From Chrysomallon squamiferum (lineage: Eukaryota > Animalia > Mollusca): a DNA stretch of 64,000 nt. This document shows, piece after piece, positions 1-14,481 of this stretch. The notes beneath the pieces are model-generated. The model made no database searches. It had not been told where the DNA came from and saw only the letters and a list, made by a program, of their open reading frames with translations. Made by a program: the position numbers and the translations under genes. Each line of letters begins with the position of its first letter. Position 1 is the first letter of the stretch. The stretch lies in NCBI GenBank assembly GCA_012295275.1, contig CM022665.1, positions 41,044,001-41,108,000 on the forward strand, written 5' to 3'.

Positions 1-470
1 CAGGAAGATGTAAATAAAAGATTCTTTCCTGTAACTGAAAGGCGTAGTACATATGATGCCAGTCAGTTTCCTGTTTCTTTACCACCTGTAGGAAGGTAAA
101 GGTGAAAGAGCACTTGCTGATAAGTGAAAAGAGTAACCCTTGTGGTAACTTAAAAGACTAGCCCATGTTGTAGAAGCAGGCTTGTTCATTTTTTACAAGA
201 CCATAAGTATTTCTTTTCTGTGTTTGGGAAGTAAAATATTCCTTCTTGTAACTGAAAAGAGTATCCTGTGTGGTAGCTGAAAAGAGTAGCCCAGGTTTCT
301 TCATCTTTTATAAAATAATGTTATTTTCTTATTGTCTGCAGAAGGTAAAAAAGTACTTACTGATAATTGAAAAGCGATTCCCATGTGGTAACAGAAATTT
401 TTTCATCTTCACTAAATAATAGAGGGTTTTTACTGTCTATGAGAAGGTTCAGCTAAAAGATTACATGCTG
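1..470. repeat. Degenerate tandem repeat built on the motif taactgaaaagagtanccc-tgtgg
   Basis: Motif recurs near 31, 124, 145, 248, 275 and 365 with substitutions. Confidence 0.55.
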
Positions 471-2394
471 CTAATTGGAATGAATGAGTAGTAACATATT
501 TTTCTAGCTTTATTATGACAAAACAGTTATTGGTTTATGTCTAAGAATTAGTAAAATTTAATATACTTAGAGATCATAAAAATATTTTTTTTTTTTCTAT
601 AATAAATTTTTTTATGTACCAGACTAAATATTTAGATTTCAATTTGGTGTTTTTGAAATGGACTTTAGACTTTTGAAGCTTCTATTTTGTTTTAAATTCA
701 AGGCCATGAATTAATATTTGAATTTTTCAGAATTTTCAAATAATAATATTGTGAAGAAAATAGTGTAATTTCAGGACCTTTAAGGAGGCATGTTTTCTGC
801 TCAATTATTATTTTTCATATTTTCCATCAGTCCTTAAAAGATACCAAAACCCCCACCAAAAAAAAACATTAATAAAATCAAATAAAATCAACACTTGAAA
901 ACATACAAGAAAAGGCAATAAAGAATAAATTAGAAATACTCCAAAATGCAATAATATTGTTTTATTGTCAATTTATTTTTTCATTTTTCTTTTATTATTT
1001 ATTTTGTCATGGGGCACAGATATCATTTGCTGGACAATGATGGATGGATGGATGAATAGATGAATCAGGAACATATGGATGAATCATGAATAGATAGATG
1101 AATTAATGAATGGATCAGTGAAAAAATTAATGAAGTAATGGATGGAAAGATAAAAGGGTAACCGACAGCACAATTTGAAAAAAAAATGTGTTTAGGAAAT
1201 TTTAAAACTGTTTAGTTCCAAGAGTGCAAACACCCATTTTTTATTTTTTTTTATTTTTTTTTTTTTTAAACTTTTTAAAAACTTTTTCTTTCATAATAAA
1301 ATTAATCTAAAAGTAAATTTTAAAAAGGAAGATTATATTTTTTTGCAATAGATAATCCCATTATTTAATTTAAACTAAAGCTTCTTTTTCATTTGAACTA
1401 AGTCACATAAACAAATGAAGATAAATAAATTGTCTAATTTCATTTAAAGTCAACTGTTTAACTGATTTATAGATAATGAAAGTAAGTCAGTAGTAGATAT
1501 TTTAGCTTCAGGATTAGTATCCTACACATAACATTTGAGGCTATTCCCATTCCAAACTGAGCTCCTTCATTTGTTGTACTTGTTTTTGTGAAATTTGATA
1601 AAAGATTCTTTGATGCAAAAGTTACTCATATATATATTCTTTTTATTTTGACCAATGATTGATATATATCTATATATTGACCAGTGATATTTTTGTTATT
1701 ATAAATTTTGTCTATATTTTGAGTAGTATATGTGGGAAGGTTTTGTTTAGGGGAAAAAAACAGTTGATTATTGCCCTATATTTATATAATATGTCTGGGT
1801 AAGATTTTTCAACTAATTAAAAAGAAAATAAATTTTAAAAAGTAACACTTCAAAAATTATAAATATTATATAAGATGCATAATTTGAATTGATGAATATT
1901 TTTCAACACACAATGAAAAATTATATATATATATATATATGCGATTTCCTAATTGTAGTTTCATCAGTTACAAATTGGCAAAATAGAAGAAAACAAATGG
2001 CAGCAATTTGGAAATAGTGTTGTTTGACTCAAGTTGTATATAATTTAGACATTGACTAAATGAAATGAGCAGGTGTTATACAAACTAATTTGGCTTCAGC
2101 TCTCAAATTATTTCATTCCACTTGTGATTTGCTTAAAGGAATTGTGATGGATTTCCTCATGTATGGAAAATTTTCGGGTTTTGGGTTGTTGTTTTTATTT
2201 TTTTTGCTTTTTTATTTTTTTAAATACCAAAGGAAGTATGAGAATAGTTTTTATATTTTTTTTTAAATTCTTTATTTGAAAGTGTGTACTGTGTGTGTTT
2301 AATTTTTTTTATATGCTGTTGTCTGCAATTTTTTATGATTGTTTCTTTTTGTTGCGACTTTTGAATTGAATGTGTTTACCAGTATTAAAATCGA

Positions 2395-3250
2395 GTTTAC
2401 TGAATTTTATGGATCTCTCTTTATGTTTATTGAATTGTATTTATATCTCTTTATGTTTACTGAATATTATTGATCTCTTTATGTTTACTGAATATTATTG
2501 ATCTCTTTATGTTTACTGAATTTTACGGATCTCTCTTTATGTTTACTGAATTTTACGGATCTCTCTTTATGTTTACTGAATTTTACGGATCTCTCTTTAT
2601 GTTTACTGAATTTTACAGATCTCTTTATGTTTACTGAATTTTACAGATCTCTCTTTATGTTTACTGAATTTTACGGATCTCTCTTTATGTTTACTGAATT
2701 TTACGGATCTCTCTTTATGTTTACTGAATTTTACAGATCTCTCTTTGTGTTTACTGAATTTTACTGATCTCTCTTTATGTTTACTGAATTTTACAGATCT
2801 CTCTTTATGTTTACTGAATTTTACGGATCTCTCTTTATGTTTACTGAATTTTATGGATCTCTTTATGTTTACTGAATTTTACGGATCTCTCTTTATGTTT
2901 ACTGAATTTTACAGATCTCTCTTTATGTTTACTGAATTTTACAGATCTCTCTTTATGTTTACTGAATTTTACGGATCTCTCTTTATGTTTAATTAATTGT
3001 ATTTATATCTCTTTATGTTTAATGAATTTTATTGATCACTGTTTATGTTTACTGAATTTTATGGATCTCCCTTTATGTTTACTGAATTTTATTGATCTCT
3101 TTATATTTAATGAATTTTGGGGATCTCTTTATGTTTAATAAATGTTATGGATATTTCTTTATGTTTTGTGAATCATGTAGATATATCTTTATGTTTTATG
3201 TACTTTATGAATATCTTTTTACATTATATGAACTTTATGGATATCGCTTC
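2395..3250. repeat. 28-30 bp minisatellite (gtttactgaattttacggatctctctttat)n
   Basis: Near-perfect copies over about 2510-2990, degenerate at both edges; source of spurious ORFs 2498..2767 and 2745..2996. Confidence 0.95.
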
Positions 3251-3352
3251 ATGTCTAACATTTTCAAAAATGTTTTTAAGTAATTTGTAAACTGATAGAT
3301 TTATTATTTCATACTAGTTTATTGGTTTATGTACATATCCACAGCAATCCAT

Positions 3353-3363
3353 CCACACACACG

Positions 3364-3426
<63 letters not shown>

Positions 3427-3453
3427 ATTCACACACACACACTCACACACACA
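3353..3453. repeat. (CA)n microsatellite
   Basis: Direct inspection. Confidence 0.95.
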
Positions 3454-3530
3454 GACATTCACATAGTTAAACTATATGCACTAATGACTGGTGCCATTAA
3501 TTTTCTGTATTCAGATGAAATCCAAAGTCA

Positions 3531-3776
3531 CTATAATTTTAATTTTTATATTGATTTTAGCACACAGATAAACACACACAGGATTAAATTATATACACCA
3601 GTGTTTGATCAGAGGTAAGAACATGCCATTAGCTAAATATACTCAGTTGAAATTTGAAGTCAACACTATGTACTATAATTTTAAATTCTGTATTGATTTT
3701 AACATTCATAGAACACATATGCAAAATATTAAATTGCATGCACCAGTGTGAGATCAGTAATAATTTGCCATTAACT
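3531..3776. repeat. Degenerate direct duplication, period about 142 bp
   Basis: ctataatttta...attgatttta...caccagtgt..gatcag...tgccatta at about 3531-3633 and about 3673-3776. Confidence 0.65.
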
Positions 3777-4064
3777 TTCTCTTCTCAGACAAAACCTGAA
3801 GGCATTACTAAATACACTACAATGTGTGTCTGTCTGTCTATCTGTCTGTCTGTGTATCCATGTGTGTTAAATAACAAATCCATCAGTTTACAAATTACTT
3901 AAAAACAACATAATAAATACCAAGTCAAAGATAAAAAGACATCCATAAAGTTCATAAAACATAAAGAGTGATCTGTAATATTCATAAAATGTACAGTTAT
4001 TGCATTATATTGAAGATAGCATAAAGTTTTACAAAATATATTTAAGACCTCCATAATAATAATA

Positions 4065-4109
<45 letters not shown>

Positions 4110-7100
4110 TCAGACATAAAGACAAGAATACATTTCTACCAGTCTAAAGACTGTTCAAGACAGTATAAAACTCATTTATGCATTGAATAAAAGTGCATAA
4201 ACTTCTATAACTTAAGAGCATAAAGAAAAAACATTCCCATTAGAGTCAATTAGTCTGGATTTAGACTTCTGCTGGTGAACCAAAACACTTGAACAGTCCC
4301 AGAGCACCAAACATTTGACTCCTTGTCACGAACATGTCCAGTGTTTTAATCTCCTCATTATACCCACACACCTCAGAGAGCCATAAGTGTTTCTTACACA
4401 AATGTTTGTCTCACTTTTGTTTTCCATAATAAAATGTTACTGGCGATGGCAATGTTTTGTAACAATACAAAAATGTCTGCCGACTGTAAAGATTTTTATT
4501 TTTTTATTTTAAAGGGTCAAATTTAAGTAGTATTCACATATTTTCTATACTTTTTAAAAGAGGAAATTTAAGTCACCTTCTTTTAGTTGTTATATTATAA
4601 TCTTTCTGATGTCTGATTGTCCATATGGACTAAGCTACATTTAATATATTCATTTTAGATTCATTTTTATGGGTCCTAGGCACTCGTGCATATTATTCGT
4701 GATAAATATTATTGATGTATCACTAAAAAGATGTTTGTCATCTGTCAAATATAATTTCTTATTTACCTAACATTATATATTTTTTTAATCATTTATCTAT
4801 AAAAGTAATCTTTTTAATATGTATTTATAATGTTCCAGCAAAATAACCCATTCTGTTGCAATTTGTTTCCATTTTAGTTTTTTTTAACAAGTTCCTACTG
4901 TTAGTTTACTCAAATAATGGTAAAGAGCCATTTGAAGGCAGGAAAATACAAAACATAATTTTTACAGTTTACTTATATAAATAATTTAATCTAATTATTT
5001 CACAAGTGTCTCAAAGGAAGGTTTATCAGGAATGATTTTAATGATAAAATGACTTCTGCCTGTCCCTGATGATCACTTTGAGAAATCCCCATCAACAACT
5101 TTTTTCTCCTACTCCTACATAGTTGTCATAGACAGGTTTGTTTTTGTACCCGAAATAAATGACTTTTTTGTTTAATTACTTAATTATCGTGTTGGTGTTA
5201 AAAGAATTATCATCACTGCTTCTGAAATTAAACTTTTGCATCTAGAAAGGTGTACATAATATACATCTAATATTGTAACACACTTATTGCATTCCTAAAA
5301 CAGGTACCATTTTTATAATATATTTTTATCATACTGTTAACACTAACAGCATCAACATGATTTGCTGTCAGTTGCCCACATACCACATACACTGTGATGG
5401 ATTTGTGGCTGACACTAAATTATCTAGATAGATGATTATTTTATCCCTTCCCAGTCATTAATGGGTTTGGTATTGAGATTCGTAGTGAGAAATGGGCTAC
5501 TTTCATGACATCATCCACACCACTAGCTAGCATTAACAACTATATTGGATTGTCAGGGAAAAGATTTAATGAAAACTGTATCTTTATTTAGTTTAGTGAA
5601 AAGACAATAAATTTAGTTGGAGACTTTTTGTTTTATTTTGTTGATTATTTTTAAGAAGATTTCGGTTCTCTTTAGAGATTTGTGAATTGTAAAAAGGTTT
5701 TGTTTAATTTCTTGTATCTGTAGATTTATTAAGACAGATAAAAAAAAAAATTGCCTCAGACTTTAGTGGGAGACAGTATGTAGTCTATAGAGTTTATTTG
5801 TAAGGAAAATGGTCATAAATTTTGTAACATGTACAAACTGAATTTTACTTTTTTTTTTTGTTACTTGCAAGTCATGGTTTACACATACACATAAATATTT
5901 GTTTTTTTTTGTTGTTTTTTTTTTTTTATTATTTCTTTTAAATTCTAAGATTTCACAGAATAGATTCTTATCTATTCCAGCAAAAAAACAAAAATAATAA
6001 TAAAAAAAATAAAAATAAAAAAAAAAAAAAATCAATATCTATACCTGTACTCTATGTATAGATACTGAAATGAAGACTATAATACCTGGTTTGCATATAT
6101 TTTATAACAACTCCATCTATATACCTATTGCCATCAATATCCTATTATTAATTTATCAAAGAGTGTTGTATGTGCATTCCTGTGTCTGGGAAGGTCTGTC
6201 TAAAGGCTTCTTTAATGCTAATAAAAAAAAAAAAAGAGTAACCCATCATATGGAGAAAGCTGGGATTTTTTTTCATTTTCTTTATCAGTGTGGTTCTTAA
6301 CACTGTCATGACTATGTATAATGTTGGGTAATAGAAGATTAATCATTTTCTGAATGTTTTTATTTTCTTTGTTTCATTAACTTAATGTTGTAGTTGTTGT
6401 ACATTGTTTTGTTGATTTTTTTTTGTTGTTGTTTTAAATTTTGTTTGAACACTTAATTTTATCACAAATACACAAATTTATCATTATAATATTTTATTTT
6501 TTTAATGATGTGTTTTGTTTGTTTATTTTTATTTATTTTATTTCATTTATTTTTTGTTTTTTCACTACTTATTTGACTTTTAATTAAACTAAGTGGATTG
6601 TCGTGCCAATTTTCTAAACAAAACAAAGCCCATCATTCTGCAGACTTTAAGTCTAAATCAATAGCTGTTTTATATTAATTCAATTTTTTTTTTTTTTTTT
6701 ATTTTTTTTATTATTTATTCTATTTCATTATTTTTTATATTAATTATTTTTAAAATTAACTTTATTTTCTACTTATTTATTTATTTATTTTATTTATTTA
6801 TTTCATTATTTATTATTTTTAAATTTATTTTTTATTTATTTATTTTTTTTATTTTTTATTATTTTTTTTTATTATTATTTAATTTTTTTTTATTTTTTAT
6901 TATTATTATTTATTTTTTTTTTTTTTTGTCTGACTACTTTTGCTCAAAATTATTGATTAAATACACAAACATTTTTAAAAATGTGGTTTTTAAAAATTAC
7001 AGTGGTTTTTATCTTAATGGCAGCTGTTAAAAATAAATATTTGGAATCTGCATAACATGTTTGTTTATTGCAATGACTTTTTTTTATTATTTCTTTTTCT

Positions 7101-8103
7101 ATTATTATTAGTAGTAGTAGTAGCAGAAGTAGTAATAGTAGTAGTAGTAATGATGTAGTAGTAGTAGCAGTAATGGTAATAGTAGTAATAGTATTGGTAT
7201 TGTTTTGCTGTTGTTGTTATTATTATAACATGTTACAGATTATTGTTGTTGTTGCTATTAATATTATTATTTATTCATTTATTTTATTTTATATTTTTAT
7301 TTATTTATTTATTTTTATTTTTATTTTTATTTATTTATTTATTTTTATTTTTATTTTTATTTTTTTTTATTTTCATTTTTATTTTTTTTTGATCTCACGA
7401 AATACTTTTAAATAAACATTTCATTAAATGCATTTATCCGTTTATTTCAAATTTCATTATTTAACTTTACTAATTAGCCTATTATTCTTAAGAACGATTT
7501 AAACTGGTTTTAAAAGTCTGAATCTTTTATCATTTTTAAACAGTTGAAAACAGTGGCCATGAGGCAGAGATAAGATTCACAGTCATGGTTTTATATTAAG
7601 TACTAATGCACTAAGACAGACTGGTAAATAAGAATAAAATTGTCGGCTGTGTCTAATGAAGAGACAATTTAATGTGTATGTTCATTAAAATCAGTGTAAG
7701 TGAACCCTCTGAATGTCTGCATCAACAAGAACACACAGAGAGATGATGGACATTTGATTTTGTCACCTAATTTGCCAGAGGAAGAAGTATAAAGTTTGTT
7801 TTAATCAGTTCAGCTCAGTCTGTCAGGGTTTTTTGTTCATGCTTCTGATAATGCTGATACTTGTGGTTCCTGTTGTTTTATTTTGTGTTTAACATGCACG
7901 ATATGCATGCTTGCATGCACACATGCATGCACACATGCACACACACACACACACACACACAGTCAAACAATAATGCTTGCAAGCATCAGACATACAAACA
8001 CGCACACATTCATAATTATACACACACATACAGACACAAAACACACACACACACACATACATACATACATAAACATAAATAAATAGAGACACACATGCAT
8101 AAT

Positions 8104-8140
<37 letters not shown>

Positions 8141-9082
8141 GCATATATCCAGATATACATACATGCACATAAACACACCCACATGCATATAAACCTGCCT
8201 GTGTACTCACATATATAAATAAATAATTATGTACATATATACTTACACACATACGTACATAAACAGATAATTATGTAGATACAAATGAGAGTAACTGAAG
8301 ATAAATTACTGCAGAAATTGATGTCATCATGTTTAAATTGTCAGCTTTGATGTATCATTACTTCAAGAAATAAGGAGATTTACAAAAATAGATAATACTG
8401 ACATGCATGTACTAAGGAAACTTTTAACTTTGACAGTATGTCTATAGCTAAATATACATTGAGTACTAAATTACATCAATGTTGTTGTTGTTGTTTGGTT
8501 GTTATTTTTTAAGAATATTTAATAATGATTTATTATATTGTAACAGAAAGTATTTTATTACGTGTGTATAATGTATATGTATGTACGTATATATGTATGT
8601 ATATGTGTGTGTGTTTTGGTATGTATGTACATTTATGTATTTATGTATATAATTGTTTATAAATGAATTTATAATACATGTGGCTGACTCACTAAATCTT
8701 TCTTGTCATTATTTTATTTAATTTTTTAATTTAATTTTTTTATTATTATTATTGTTCCCTTTTCCACTGTTTTTCAGTTTAATTTTTTTTAAAATTTTTT
8801 TAAATTTATTTATTTCAAAAAAAATTGTTATTGTCCTTGGCAGATTAATGGTGCAAATACATGATGATGAAACCTTAAAAGCTAACAAGAAATATGACAC
8901 TCCCTTTTCAAAAAAAACCATTATTTAAAAAAAAAAAATGGCTGTCCTGACATTTTCTGCAGTGAGATGCATCAGTGCATTTTGTGTGTTAATTTTTAAG
9001 GCTTTTCTGTTGATAAAATGTTGAAAAATTATAACATGCAGCATGAAGTTTAAGCTTGATTTATGTTTTTGTTTTTTTTCAG

Positions 9083-9190
9083 GGTTTTGAATTTGAGCTG
9101 GCAACAAACCAGTCAGCAAGTGATCCACTTTTGGTGAACTCTTCTGTCACAAAGTTAGAAAAGAATGATGGGGGAGTTCTGCTAATTGAG
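9083..9190 (+). CDS. B3GALNT2: B3GALNT2 internal exon (GFEFELATNQ...KNDGGVLLIE)
   Basis: ttttcag| acceptor, |gtaatc donor, 108 nt, phase 0/0; NDGGVL resembles the vertebrate stem region. Confidence 0.8.
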
Positions 9191-11160
9191 GTAATCCACT
9201 TACTTTATTTTGTGAATGTAACTTGTGAAATCCTGTGAATTATTATCAAATGGGGAAAAAATATAGAGAAAAAGAAATAAATAAAATTGTCTTTTACCAT
9301 TTTTACTTTTTTTTTTTGTTTTTGGGTCTTTTAGAAAATCTACTTCTTAATTATAAAGTCTTTACTGATATTTGTAAAATATACTTAAGGAAGAAAAAAA
9401 AGGGTTGGAAAGATGCTGTGTTTATTATTCTGGTACTAAATTCAAAGGTTGTTTATGAATGTCAGAAACTGTGTGGTTCTTTTTGCCAGAAGACAATCGT
9501 GTTTCTTTCTTTCTTTATTTATTTTTATTTACATACGTACTTACTTTCAGTAAACCATTTTTTTTTTTTTTTAAATTTATATTATATGAATTTTAACCTT
9601 CTTTTATATATGGAAAGGTATTTTTTTTTTTTTGTTTTTTTTTTTTTTTCGGTTTTATTTAGTTTTTGGATGGATGTTAATATGTATATATCTATGTGTA
9701 TAACAAACACACACACACAAACACATCCAAACCCACAGCAAAAAACAAAACACACATTACAAAAAGTTTTATATTTTAAAAGACAAAAAAAAAAACACAA
9801 AGAAATGAAAAGAAAAGAAAAGTTACAAAATAAAATAATAATTCCGTACTAGAAAATAATTAACCTTCCTTGAAGCAACAACTTAACCGAAAACAAGATT
9901 TGTCTTTCATTATCCTGCCACTTTTGTCTCTCTGTAAAGAAGTTTCTCTTCATGACATCACAAGTCAAAGAGATTCTTCATGTTGTTTTCACTGGCAAGT
10001 CACGATTTCTTAAGGCTCCTCATTTGGAAGTCTCCTTAAGGCAACAGACATGTTAAAATGATGTGTCCAATGATGTTAGGAGCCAGACATCTGATAATAA
10101 ACAGAGTTAGCTGAAGAATTAAAAAGGTGTATGTTGAGGATTCTTGTGTGAGGGATTTGAAAAAAAGAAAAATTTTAAATTTAATAATAATATTAAATTT
10201 CAAAAATAAAAGTTTTTGGCTGTAAGGGAATAGAAAACATATTAAGTAATTTTTAGAAATAATAAGTATTCTTTTCTGATATCTACAATCAAAGTTTTAT
10301 TTCTGAATTCAGCTAGAGGAAATCTAAATATTTAGAAAAAAAGAAAGAGAAAAAAAGATTTAAGGGAAATGGGTGTATGAAGTGATGGGTAAAAAGAATA
10401 CTAGTTTATTTTTGAATACTTCTATTAAACAAAAAACACAAAAGAAAATGCAAAAGAATTGGGTATTATAAGTTTAAATTTAAAGTTTGTTTTTAAAACA
10501 CAAATTTAAAACTCGTAGAGAAGATCTAACATGGATGTGCAAAAATCAAAAAGAACTTATTTTAATTCAGTACAAACAAAGTTTAGTCAAAAATCAAAAA
10601 CTAGTCTAAGATTAAAATGTAAAGCAAATAAAGGTCTCAGACGTTACTTTATTTTAACCTCAAGCTTTCAGTGTGATCATGAAATATCAAAGCAACATAC
10701 ACAACCTTTTCAAAACAACTTTAACCTTTTATATAGATACTTTTCATTCCCAGTAACATTTGGGAATCAGCAGAACTTTTTATTTGTAAAACAAATTGGA
10801 AAACCAAGGATTCTAGATAAAAGTCAAATTCTGACATTTTGAATCCCAAAAAGGAGAAAGCTTGATCTTTTAATATGATTATAAAGTTTTAAAAATTGGC
10901 TATCATGTTGTTGTTGTTTTGTTTTTGGGTGTTTTTTGTTTTTTTTTTAATTATGATTTATGAACTCAATCATGTGTAAATTCATTTATTTAATATGTCT
11001 TGATTCTGAAACTGTTGTGTGAATTTTGAATGTCAGTTACAGTATTTGATGACTGATGGGTTTAAAAAGAATATCATTTGTGCAACAAGCTTTCATTACA
11101 TATATACATACGAATATACATTCATACATACCCACATACACACATAAATATATACATACT

Positions 11161-11197
<37 letters not shown>

Positions 11198-11523
11198 CAA
11201 ACATACGCAATGACCCCAACATCACTTTGTCATCCGTCAATATGCTACACATATTATGTGTGACTCCAGTGATAAATAAAAATTATTAGAATTTTCCTGT
11301 TTAGTAAGACTCAGACATCTGCTGTAATATCAATATTACTGTATGACAAACACATAAACTGCTTATAAAGCTACTTTTATTGCATACCTGGTGGTGGAGT
11401 ACTAAAAACTGTCACTGAGTCAGCAGTAAATCTGGGTTAACCCAAATCTGTGGCTGAAATATATTTATTACGTGGTCAGAGGCAGGCTGGAGAAAAGAAC
11501 AGAATGAAGAGTTAACTTTGAAA

Positions 11524-11558
<35 letters not shown>

Positions 11559-14193
11559 GTCAGTAAAATAAAGATCACATTAAATAAGAATTGGATATTT
11601 TAGTCTTTTATTACTGAATGTATGTATTATATATTAACTGTTATTAAATAATTTATCAAATTTCTTTTTTACTAATTCAAAATATTAGCTTTATTTTTCA
11701 TCTTCTTATTGTGACTGTCATTATTACAACAACAACAGCTACTACTACAACTACCATTAATACTACTGCTGCTGCTACTACTACTACTACTACTACTACT
11801 ACTATTACTACTCTTCCTATATCACAATTGTAATTATCATTAATATTCTGTTATACCAATATTATTATCGATAGTATTTTACAATTGCTGTTACAAATAC
11901 TATCACAACTACTACCATTACTACTACTACTATTACTACATTTACTACTACTAATTATTATTATTACAGCTTCAGCTATTATGACTACTGCTATAACAGC
12001 TACTTCTACTACAACAACTGCTATTACTACCACTACAACTACTTTTACTATTACTACTACAACAACTACTACAACAGTAACTACTACTATTACATATAAC
12101 AGTTACAACTACTGCTGCTATTGTAATTACTACTATAATAACTGCCACTACTACTACAAATACCACTGCTACTACTACCTACTACTACTACTACAGCTAC
12201 TACAACTACTACTACTACTGCTATCACTGTTTTTAATTTGCAGGCACTGAATGAAGATCACACAGATATGAAGGATTCCAGTAATTCATTCTCTCTTGTG
12301 TCATTTATGTTCACTGTCCAAGGTATAAATTTAAGTTTTATTTTATTTGATAAACCTAAAAATTCAGAAGATATTAAAAATATAACACACTAGATCAGTA
12401 TGTTTCATACAGATAGTTACTTATATGTCTTACATATACTTTTATACATATATGTGTCTAGATGAGGATAAGTCTGTGTTTGTTTACACATAATTTCTGT
12501 GAGCTTTAAAACAAAGTTAAATACAAATGATTCCTAAAACATGCAAATGTTTTAATAAACAATAACAATCGCACACAAACACACATACACAGACATAAAC
12601 ACAGACATGCACATAAGCACACACATTTATAACTGCACTGACATATACATACACACACACTCACACACATATGTATAAACATACACATACATAAGCACAC
12701 AAACATACATACACATATACATATAAAAGCACACTTATACCAGTCATACCCCGAGAAGACATTTTTCATCAGATTTTATCTTCATGTTTCCCATATAATT
12801 AACCACAAGTAAATCTTGTATATTTTCATCTATTTTGTTTTAGAAATGGACTCTCTGAATGCTCACATAGCTAAGAGATCAGAAAGACTGAAAGCTTGGC
12901 AGGAAAAGATAGACAGAGATGAAAAACAACTCAGTGAAGAAATGACTCAATATGGAGACATTGTCAGAGTAGGGGTAGTGGACATATACAGAAACTTGCC
13001 TCGAAAACTGCTACTTTTTCATCAGTGGTAGGAAAGATTTAAGTATTTAGCTCTAATTTACACTATTTGCAGAATAATGCTATAGAAAAGTATTATCTCA
13101 TTGTCAGAAGATTTTTGTTAGAAACTAACATAAAAAGGCCAGCTGTCACATTTGAGTTCTGTCAGTTGATCTGCAAGAGGTATCAATAGTTGATTATCAT
13201 ATAAGTCCAGTCAGTGTTTTACTTGATATTTCTGATGATATTAGTTTGTTCAATGTCATTAAAAACTTTTTATCTATCTATATATTACATGCATACATAT
13301 ATACATACATATGCATATATACATATGTTTTAGCTGCAGCTGTTTTTTTGATGTCAGACATAATCATGCTTGTATAATATTGATATTTAATATTTCTTAT
13401 ACTTAACATCATTAGGTTGAAAGTAATAAAAAAAAAGATTAATGAAAGTGTTTGAACTTAATTCTTAAAAAGAAATTTTAAAATTAAATAAATAATGAAC
13501 ATTATATTTATAACATTTAAAGTCTAAAATAACAAACATATTGAAGAAAAACAAAACAAGCAAAAAAAAAAAAAATAATAATAATAATAATAATAATAAG
13601 TGAACTTTATTTATAAAAATTATAAAAAATAATAAATAAATAAATAAATAACATTTATTTTTTGGAGAATTTAAAAATACGACAGAAATTAACATTCGTT
13701 TTCAAAGCACTTCCAAAAAAAATCTGTAAAAGCCAGAAATACAATTTTATTTTCTTGGTTTAATCTTACTTAAATTGTTTCCTTTAAATCTTACTCTTGA
13801 CACTGTAAATCGGAAAGATTACTAAGATCTTCTTTTCACAGAGGACAAATTAACAACAAGCAGTGCAACAGATGCCTTCCCAAACTTTCCAGTTATTGTT
13901 ATTGCTTCGTGTAATTCAATAGTTCCGAGAAACAGGCAAAAATTGTTGCCTGCCAAATAGATCATGAAATTGGTTTTTCAAATAACATCATGGCAGTAAA
14001 TATCCATCTTGTAAAGAAGCTTGGCCATTATAAAAATGGAATGAAAAGGACAAGACTTCCATATTGCAGTATGATGTCATCTTTATGGCTGTGTACGATA
14101 TAATAACCACAGAAACGTTTGTCGTTTGGTTCTTTTTCATTATGGATATTACAGCCATAAAACAGCGTTCTACTGTACACAGATGAAATGTTT

Positions 14194-14238
<45 letters not shown>

Positions 14239-14449
14239 TATATTTTTTATTAATAATTATATTATTACGTTATTATTACCATTATTTTCATTATTATATT
14301 ATCATCGTCATCTTTATCATTATTATTATCATTACTGTCATGATCATTGTTATTATTTTTATTATTATTAGCATTATCATTACTGTTGTTGTTGTTGTAA
14401 TGGATATCATTGTCATTCTCACAGTTATTATTATTATTACTGTTACCAT

Positions 14450-14481
<32 letters not shown>

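Noticed and set aside
2498-2996. ORFs with repeating LCLLNFTDLS / FMFTEFYGSL peptides
   Set aside because: Translations of a 28-30 bp intronic minisatellite; unit length changes shift the frame. Not CRISPR either, since there are no unique spacers.
5056-5140. Hammerhead-ribozyme-like core CTGATGA-tcactttga-GAAA with a downstream GTC
   Set aside because: Stem III cannot form next to GAAA, stem I is mismatched at the core, and stem II lacks the usual G-C closing pair.
9235-9852. 205-aa ORF
   Set aside because: Low-complexity F/K/L-rich reading of AT-rich intron with homopolymer runs; no recognisable motif.
9866-10130. Coding-looking island in a B3GALNT2 intron
   Set aside because: Minus-strand frames are short and interrupted by stops; no recognisable peptide, and it is not needed for the B3GALNT2 frame.
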